From positions 8,396-72,395 of the forward strand of contig JAHJIY010000085.1 in the NCBI GenBank assembly GCA_018823175.1: a stretch of DNA of 64,000 nt, in the 5' to 3' direction. Below the pieces are notes generated by a model that saw nothing but the letters and a program-made list of their open reading frames with translations, searched no databases and was not told the origin of the DNA. Made by a program: the position numbers and the translations under genes. Shown here one piece after another: positions 58,148-64,000 of this stretch. The DNA comes from Pseudomonadota bacterium (lineage in GTDB: Bacteria > Desulfobacterota > Desulfobulbia > Desulfobulbales > JAHJIY01). The first letter of the stretch is position 1. Every line of letters starts with the position of its first letter.

Positions 58148-58418
58148 GATGGCTCCTTTTCACTCAATTCTTATTGAGGTGGGGGTGGATGATAACCTGA
58201 TTTTTATAGTAATTATGGCTGGAGTAGTGATTTTTGCGGCCCAGATAAAGTTTATTGTTATTGTCTGACAAGAGTTTTATAACTATTGTCCATTAAAAAT
58301 ACGAGATTTTTGAGCAATATTTTAACGGCCAGTGATTAGCTATTAGCTTAATATATTGGTATTATAACATTATTAGTTTGCAGATTAATAGCTGCAGTTT
58401 ATTGATTTATTCCCTTAA

Positions 58419-60542
58419 GTGATGGTGGATGTGCAGAGCAAGACATTTGATATAACCAGTTATTGCGAGAAGATGGAGCGTCTGCTTGGCGGGCAGGAGG
58501 GAGAAGCTAAGCTTTTCTGGCAGGCGATGTCTTATGCGGTTTACGCCCATGAGGCGCAAAAGCGTAAATCCGGCGAGGCCTATGTCAGTCATCCCTGTGA
58601 GGTTGCCAGGATTCTGGTCGAAGAACTGGGGGTCAGGGACCCGGAGACTCTGGCGGCAGCCGTTCTGCATGATACGGTAGAGGATGTCCGGGAGGTGACC
58701 AATGAGGTGATTGGCGCCATGTTCGGTAAGAATGTGGAAGCGATTGTCGATGGGGTCACCAAGATCGATAACTTCAAGGGTGATCGTCAGAACTTCTATA
58801 AACTGGTGCATCGCAAGCTTTTTTCCGGGGCGGCCTCCCGGATTGAGACCATGTTGATTAAGCTGGCCGACCGGCTCCATAATTTACGGACTCTCGAGTC
58901 CATGCCCAAGCACAAGAGGCAGAAAATAGCCGAGGAAACCATTGATATCTATGCGCCAATGGCCAAGGTTATCGGTCTTTATGGATTGAAGAGAGAACTT
59001 TACGATCTGGCCTTAAAATATAAATTTCCCCGGCAGGCCAATAAGCTCCTGTCCCGGATCAGAAGTTATGAGAGCCGGGATGACGTTAAGGAGATTCTTA
59101 AAAAATTGCACCAGGAGATGGAGGCGGTTTGGATTACGGCCGATATCGGCCTGCGGGTCAAGGGACTATGGGCCTATTTTGATCCGGTCAATAAGGTGCT
59201 GAACAAAGAGATCGAGTCACCTCTTGAAATTTTGATTGCGGTTGATGATATCCAGACCTGTTATCGAATCCTGGGGATAGTCAATCAGACCTACCCGCCG
59301 ATCCCTCGAACTATTCGTGATTTTATCGCTAACCCCAAGGCCACCGGCTATCGTTGTATTCATGCCCGAGCTAATATCAGGGGAAATAATTATCTGTTTA
59401 AGATCAGGACCAGGGAGATGCTGGAATCAGGCCGGGCCGGAATTGTCGCCGAATGGTCGGTCAAGAAAAAGGTGCCGGGTATTTTTGAGAAACAGATCCA
59501 GGAGATGTTTGATATCCTGGGCGCCGATGATGATCTGTCTTATCGTGAGATGATCGCCGCCAGCGGGAAAAAGGAAATATATACCTATACGCCGAAGGGC
59601 GATCCGATCTATCTGCCGAAACAGAGTACGGTGCTTGATTTTGCCTTCAAGGTCCATACTGAGGTCGGCAGTCGTTGTCTCTACGGAGTGATTGGTCGGC
59701 AGAAGGTCGGTTGGGAGCATGTTCTGCAGGATGGCGACCAGGTTAAGATTGTTTGTCAGGAAGAGCCGGTAAAATTTGATCCGTACATCCAGGAGTTATG
59801 TCAGACCCCCAAGGCCAGGTCTGAATTGGCCCGGATGTTCAGGTTCAGACAGGCTGTCCTTTCCCGCGATGTCGGGCGGGCGATTATCAAGCAGGAGATG
59901 AAACATTACGGGATTCCGTTTGAAGTGCTTGATAAGGATGAGGTGTTTGAATTTCTTGAACATTTTGAGGTAGAAGATTTCGATACTTTTTTTCAACTTA
60001 TCGGTGAGGGAAGGTTGCCGTTGAAATTGGTGATTAGTGAAGTGAAAAACCGGTTGTATGCCAATCGCAATACCTTGCAGCCGCCGACCGGAACTTTTAA
60101 TCGGATCGAACTCGCCACCCTGGACCCGGCCTGTATCAAGTTGTCGCGCTGTTGCAATCCGGTGCCGACCGACAAGGGCTTGCTTGGGTTGCTTAGTGAA
60201 CGGGGTCTTTCGGTCCATCAGCAAAAATGTGACCGGATAAAATCACTTAAGATTCAAAGAGAGGATGTGGTTGAACTGCGTTGGCGGTTGAAGGACACCA
60301 AGGTAATTAAACCCCAGACCCTGCTTTTTTTAAAGGCTACCAGTCGTAACCGCTTGCTGATGATGCTGGGGGTGGCGCCGGATGAAATGAAGATTTTGGA
60401 TGTGATCTCTTTGGCCCAACGCCCGTCATCAAAACCTGCCTGGGAGATCAATTTTCAGGTGGACAACCTGCAAAGCCTGAAAAATATTCTTACTCACTTT
60501 ACCAAGTCGGGGCTGGAGTATGATTTCGCCCTTGAACAATAA
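58419..60542 (+). CDS. Long RelA/SpoT homologue with intact HD hydrolase and degenerate synthetase domain
   Basis: Q.RKSGE.Y..HP, LHDTVED, IKLADRLHNLRT, TGS (TPKGD..LP...LDFAF.VHTEVG) and zinc-finger CCNPVP. Confidence 0.88.
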   Translation: MMVDVQSKTFDITSYCEKMERLLGGQEGEAKLFWQAMSYAVYAHEAQKRKSGEAYVSHPCEVARILVEELGVRDPETLAAAVLHDTVEDVREVTNEVIGAMFGKNVEAIVDGVTKIDNFKGDRQNFYKLVHRKLFSGAASRIETMLIKLADRLHNLRTLESMPKHKRQKIAEETIDIYAPMAKVIGLYGLKRELYDLALKYKFPRQANKLLSRIRSYESRDDVKEILKKLHQEMEAVWITADIGLRVKGLWAYFDPVNKVLNKEIESPLEILIAVDDIQTCYRILGIVNQTYPPIPRTIRDFIANPKATGYRCIHARANIRGNNYLFKIRTREMLESGRAGIVAEWSVKKKVPGIFEKQIQEMFDILGADDDLSYREMIAASGKKEIYTYTPKGDPIYLPKQSTVLDFAFKVHTEVGSRCLYGVIGRQKVGWEHVLQDGDQVKIVCQEEPVKFDPYIQELCQTPKARSELARMFRFRQAVLSRDVGRAIIKQEMKHYGIPFEVLDKDEVFEFLEHFEVEDFDTFFQLIGEGRLPLKLVISEVKNRLYANRNTLQPPTGTFNRIELATLDPACIKLSRCCNPVPTDKGLLGLLSERGLSVHQQKCDRIKSLKIQREDVVELRWRLKDTKVIKPQTLLFLKATSRNRLLMMLGVAPDEMKILDVISLAQRPSSKPAWEINFQVDNLQSLKNILTHFTKSGLEYDFALEQ

Positions 60543-60650
60543 CCAGAAAGCCGTAAAGACTGAACCTGCTTTGTCATCGGCAGTGCCGCATAGCCTTGCT
60601 ATAGCGGCACTGCCTCTTTCGCGCATCTTCAGCCTTTACGGCTTTCTGGT
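60542..60650. mobile_element. 109-bp MITE-like element
   Basis: 23-bp terminal inverted repeats (ACCAGAAAGCCGTAAAGACTGAA, 1 mismatch) and internal hairpin GGCAGTGCCGC...GCGGCACTGCC; begins in the RSH stop codon. Confidence 0.65.
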
Positions 60651-60705
60651 GGTGATGAGTTTGGTTAGTGAAAAGACGTAACCAAACATTTTCATCTTTG
60701 CAGCA

Positions 60706-60899
60706 CATAAGTTTCGTTTGAATCCCGCTATCACGGGATTCAACTCAGCTTTATACCACAAGGGCACCCCAAGGGCACTTCCTGCGGGGCGCATAAGTTT
60801 CGTTTGAACCCCGCTATCACGGGATTCAACTCAGCTTTATACCACAAGGGCATAAGTTTCGTTTGAATCCCGCTATCACGGGATTCAACTCAGCTTTAT
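60706..60899. repeat. Three 49-bp direct repeats with internal hairpin (REP/BIME-like)
   Basis: CATAAGTTTCGTTTGAATCCCGCTATCACGGGATTCAACTCAGCTTTAT at 60706, 60792 (1 mismatch) and 60851; stem TTGAATCCCG/CGGGATTCAA; linkers of 37 and 10 bp share ACCACAAGGG. Confidence 0.88.
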
Positions 60900-61571
60900 T
60901 TCGCCGATCGCCAAGTCTTCCAGGGCGTCCCGGTCGACGATTCTGATTTCCGATCCTTTTGATTTGATAAATCCCTGCTGGTTCATTTTTTTGAGGATGC
61001 GGGACAGGGTTTCCGGGATGGTGCCGAGTAGACTGGCGAGCTGGGCCTTGCCAATATTAAGGGTAAAATTATCCTCATCTTCGTGTTGACTGCTTAAAAA
61101 TACCAGGTGAGAGGCAAGTCGGCCGGGGACTTCTTTTAGAGAAAGGGCCTCGATCATGTTGGCGAATTTCTTCAGGCGAAAGGAAAGGGCCGCCATCATG
61201 TTCATGGCGAGTGAAGGATTGCGCTGGATCATCTCGATAAAGGCAGCTCTTGGGAAGAAGAAGGCTCGGCTTTGTTCCAGGGCTTGGGCAAAAGCGGGGT
61301 ATGAACTGCCGGCGAAGACCGCCGCTTCGGCAAAAGGCTCGCCCGGGCCGAAGATATGGAGGATTTGTTCCTTGCCTTCCATCGAAAGTTTGTAGATCTT
61401 GATCAGGCCTGAGATCAGGACATAAAAGCCTACCCCTGGATCACCTTCGGCAAAGATCTCCTGGCCCCGTTTAAAATCCTGGTCGGTCATGATCATGGTC
61501 AGTTCATCGAGCTGCGGTTCGGTCAGACCTTTAAATAATGAGATGTCGGTCAGTATTTTGGATAATTCCAT
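60885..61571 (-). CDS. Crp/Fnr-family transcriptional regulator (HcpR/Dnr-like)
   Basis: SLFKGL, GKEQIL..FGPGEPFAEAAVF cNMP domain, LASLLGTIPETLSR HTH; no Fnr Cys cluster. Confidence 0.9.
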   Translation of the reverse strand: MELSKILTDISLFKGLTEPQLDELTMIMTDQDFKRGQEIFAEGDPGVGFYVLISGLIKIYKLSMEGKEQILHIFGPGEPFAEAAVFAGSSYPAFAQALEQSRAFFFPRAAFIEMIQRNPSLAMNMMAALSFRLKKFANMIEALSLKEVPGRLASHLVFLSSQHEDEDNFTLNIGKAQLASLLGTIPETLSRILKKMNQQGFIKSKGSEIRIVDRDALEDLAIGEIKLS

Positions 61572-61601
61572 GTTGTTTTTCGCCTGTTTGATGAATAGTT
61601 T

Positions 61602-61636
61602 GTTGAAGGTTGAAGGTTGAAGGTTGAAGGTTGAAG
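61602..61636. repeat. Heptamer microsatellite (GTTGAAG)x5
   Basis: Five perfect copies immediately after the PPTase stop codon. Confidence 0.9.
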
Positions 61637-61637
61637 G

Positions 61638-62441
61638 TTAGCTTGAAGTTGCTCGCGGCCCGACCATGGTCAGGGAGCAACCGTAATCATTATAAAAAAA
61701 CGAGATGGTCCTGGCCCGGATTTTTTTTTCTTTGCCGACAATAAAATCCAGTCGCATTTTTCCCGGTTTTATTTCGATCATATCTGTAAGTTCCATCTGC
61801 AGAAAGCCGGTGAGCGGGTGGCCGCCAATTCCTTTGCGCAAGGCCTCTTTGGCCGACCATAGCAGGGTCAGGCCATCGGCCTTCTTCTCCGATGAGAACT
61901 CAAGGTGCCGGGCGATCAACTCGTATTCGGCGTCACTGGCAAAGCGATCCTGGACACGGACCACCGCCTCACTGATTTGCTGAAGGTCAATGCCGCAGTT
62001 GCTGCCTTGCACTGCCATGGCTGCCGCCAGTCCCTTGCTGTGGGTTATTGAGATGTCGGGGCATGGTTGGTCTGCATTTTTGTCGGCAAGGGTAAGATAT
62101 GGTCTGCCGTTTTTGTCCGGTCTGATCAAGATGCCCTTTGGCGCTATGATAGCTTCCTGGTGGCTGGCGGCAGTCAATAAGTATACGGCGGCCTGTTTGG
62201 CGGCAATCCGCCCGGCCAGCCATTCGATTTTTCGTTTTGGATAGTGGAATGTCGTGTAATGTTTGACCTCGTCCGGGGCCAGAAAGTGTTCGGTGAATGT
62301 TTGGTCCCCCGATATTTCAATCATCTCTTTGAGCCGATCCAGGGACAGAAATACCAGGGATGGCGGCAGAGCCGGTCCTGAAATTTTGCGGTAATCATCA
62401 GCGGTCAGGCCGGGATCAAGGTTTATGGTTGGGACGTTCAT
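61638..62441 (-). CDS. 4'-phosphopantetheinyl transferase (Sfp-type)
   Basis: EWLAGR.AAK, GRP, ISITHS, GIDLQ and WSAKEA.RK motifs. Confidence 0.85.
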   Translation of the reverse strand: MNVPTINLDPGLTADDYRKISGPALPPSLVFLSLDRLKEMIEISGDQTFTEHFLAPDEVKHYTTFHYPKRKIEWLAGRIAAKQAAVYLLTAASHQEAIIAPKGILIRPDKNGRPYLTLADKNADQPCPDISITHSKGLAAAMAVQGSNCGIDLQQISEAVVRVQDRFASDAEYELIARHLEFSSEKKADGLTLLWSAKEALRKGIGGHPLTGFLQMELTDMIEIKPGKMRLDFIVGKEKKIRARTISFFYNDYGCSLTMVGPRATSS

Positions 62442-62529
62442 TGCCTGTTTTTTATGTTTAATGGGAAACTAATCCCTTGATATTTTTAGGAAAAAAGGTT
62501 TTTTTAATTTATTTTCTATTTAAACTATC

Positions 62530-63177
62530 GTGACCGTTCAGATGACTTCAATTGACACAATATTTCTAATAATCATTTTATCTTTTACCGCCAGAGGGAT
62601 CTGGATAGGGTTTGTCCGGCAGATTGCTTTTATTACTGCCTTGGTCCTCGGTTTTGTAGCGGCCGGCCGGTTTTATGAATATTTTGCCGATCTGGTCCTG
62701 CCATTTATCACCATTCCGCAAGTGGCCTTTTTTGTCACCTATATCCTTTTGTTCATGGTGGTCTATTTTTTCGTGATGCTGGTCGGGGTCGGTCTTAAAA
62801 AAGTAATAAATTTCTCGTTGCTGCAAGGTTTTGATCGGCTTATGGGTGGCGCTTTTGGTCTGGCCAAGGGGCTTTTTGTTGCCAACCTGGTTTTTGTTAT
62901 CCTGGCGGGCAGTTTGTCAAATTCGGGGCCGTTCCTCCGTAAGTCATGGTCCTACCCCTTTCTTAAAATGAGCTCCGGCTATATTATCTTGTTTATCAAG
63001 GACCGGGGTCTCCGTTCCCGTTTTCTCCCCAGTGAACCAGCTATTACTTCTGTTTTTGATCTTTCTTCTGATTTGCCTGCGGTGAGCAAGAAAAAGATTG
63101 GATCCTCTCATGATTTGACCCTCAACGAATTGCGATACAATTTGCGTAAGGAGTCGGGGCTGACGCCTAAAAAATAG
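62530..63177 (+). CDS. cvpA: CvpA (colicin V production) family membrane protein
   Basis: IDTIFLIII....RG..IGF.R and DRLMGGAFGLAKG motifs; 3' end overlaps the convergent GT2 gene. Confidence 0.8.
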   Translation: MTVQMTSIDTIFLIIILSFTARGIWIGFVRQIAFITALVLGFVAAGRFYEYFADLVLPFITIPQVAFFVTYILLFMVVYFFVMLVGVGLKKVINFSLLQGFDRLMGGAFGLAKGLFVANLVFVILAGSLSNSGPFLRKSWSYPFLKMSSGYIILFIKDRGLRSRFLPSEPAITSVFDLSSDLPAVSKKKIGSSHDLTLNELRYNLRKESGLTPKK

Positions 63178-63818
63178 CCGATAATTACCAATTGGTTGAT
63201 TAAGGTTGTTCTGACTACTCCCAGATCTTGCCAGCGGCGGGCTGAGGTTCTGACGGCCATTTCCAGCAAAGCAATCTTCCCCTGTCGTCGTAATTTGCGG
63301 ATTAGGGCGAAATCCTCCAGGAATGGCTGTTCGGGAAATCCGCCGGCGCGTTGGAATATTTCCGTCCGTATGAAAATTGCCTGATCGCCATATGGCATTT
63401 GCAGATATTTTGCTCTGAAGTTGGCCATCATCTCAATGCATCTGATCCCAGTTGCGGTATCTTCTATTTTAAGGCGGAAGGCCCCGGCCATGATTTCATG
63501 GTTGTTCAGGGCGTCGCGGACCTGGGGCCCAAAACCCAGGGGTAAAATGGTGTCGGCGTGTAAAAAAAGAAGAATGTCACCGGTTGCGGCTCGCGCCCCG
63601 GTATTCATCTGGTTGGCCCGGCCGGGAGGAGCGCTCAATACCATGGCCCCGGCTCGTTTGGCGTTGGTGATGGTCTGGTCGGTGCTGCCGCCATCGACCA
63701 CAATAATTTCTGCCACCGGACCTTGGGCAGCGGCCTTGATCGCGGCCGCGATGTTTGCCTCTTCGTTAATCGCTGGAATTATTATTGAAATGGCGGATGT
63801 CTTCTGGTCGGTCAACAT
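63108..63818 (-). CDS. TIGR04283-family (arsenosugar/selenosugar-associated) GT2 glycosyltransferase
   Basis: ISIIIPAINEE, VVDGGSTD, GRANQMN.GA, FLHADT, YGDQAIF and TSARRW motifs; ATG 63818. Confidence 0.88.
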   Translation of the reverse strand: MLTDQKTSAISIIIPAINEEANIAAAIKAAAQGPVAEIIVVDGGSTDQTITNAKRAGAMVLSAPPGRANQMNTGARAATGDILLFLHADTILPLGFGPQVRDALNNHEIMAGAFRLKIEDTATGIRCIEMMANFRAKYLQMPYGDQAIFIRTEIFQRAGGFPEQPFLEDFALIRKLRRQGKIALLEMAVRTSARRWQDLGVVRTTLINQLVIIGYFLGVSPDSLRKLYRNSLRVKS

Positions 63819-64000
63819 CAAAAAGGGTCTCCAGCTGAAATATTGATAGGCCTTTTTTTTTGGCCCGAGCAATGGTTATTGTCAGGACCTCTTCAGTCCC
63901 CCAAGGGATCGAGTTAAAAAGTTCGGGCTGATAATCTTTTAGTCCGATCAGGTAATAGCCGCCGTCATGGGCCGGCCCCAGGACCAGGTCGAAATTGGTC
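63766..64000 (-). CDS. TIGR04282/DUF2064-family glycosyltransferase, 3' part (truncated by window edge)
   Basis: Own translation of the minus strand: LVLGPAHDGGYYLIGL...IPWGT..VL...DVDRPED; stop at 63766; not in the ORF track. Confidence 0.85.
   Translation of the reverse strand, partial: TNFDLVLGPAHDGGYYLIGLKDYQPELFNSIPWGTEEVLTITIARAKKKGLSIFQLETLFDVDRPEDIRHFNNNSSD

Noticed and set aside
60706-60899. Possible mini CRISPR array
   Set aside because: Only three units; the spacers are 37 and 10 bp and share sequence; one unit overlaps a coding 3' end; no cas genes or leader
61975-61995. PPTase GIDLQ instead of GxDxE as a sign of inactivity
   Set aside because: The Asp and the WxxKEA motif are intact, and this position varies in the family

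Overview
Deltaproteobacterial chromosomal window; the gene content and style suggest Desulfobulbales, but this is an inference. Housekeeping genes lie on both flanks: panE, clpAS, holA, nfo and an Nth-Xth fusion on the left; a Gld-like ABC system, htpG, mntP, thiC, trmJ, rnr, a RelA/SpoT homologue, a Crp/Fnr regulator, a PPTase and cvpA on the right. Between them is a ~34 kb extracellular-electron-transfer island (about 10.4-44.2 kb). It encodes eight multiheme c-type cytochromes with 88 CxxCH plus 5 non-canonical CX3-5CH motifs (counted by hand). Two are OmcS/OmcX-like hexahemes that keep the CxxCHTMH polymerisation motif. It also has an osc-like assembly/conduit operon (beta-barrel, CsgG/PelC-like proteins, PPIase, 26-heme, 16-heme, beta-propellers). 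Embedded in or adjoining the island is a protein-glycosylation module: two inverted, near-duplicate TMTC-like GT-C/TPR genes and an STT3/PglB-like oligosaccharyltransferase whose WWD motif is replaced. The best candidate for an undescribed system is a glycosylated cytochrome-nanowire locus with major and minor subunits. Other oddities are a probably synthetase-dead long RSH, a glycosylase/AP-endonuclease fusion, a G10 tract in a secreted cytochrome, a 45-bp near-perfect palindrome, MITE/REP-like repeats and heptamer microsatellites. No rRNA, tRNA, CRISPR array or transposase was seen. All family calls come from motif recognition, not database searches.
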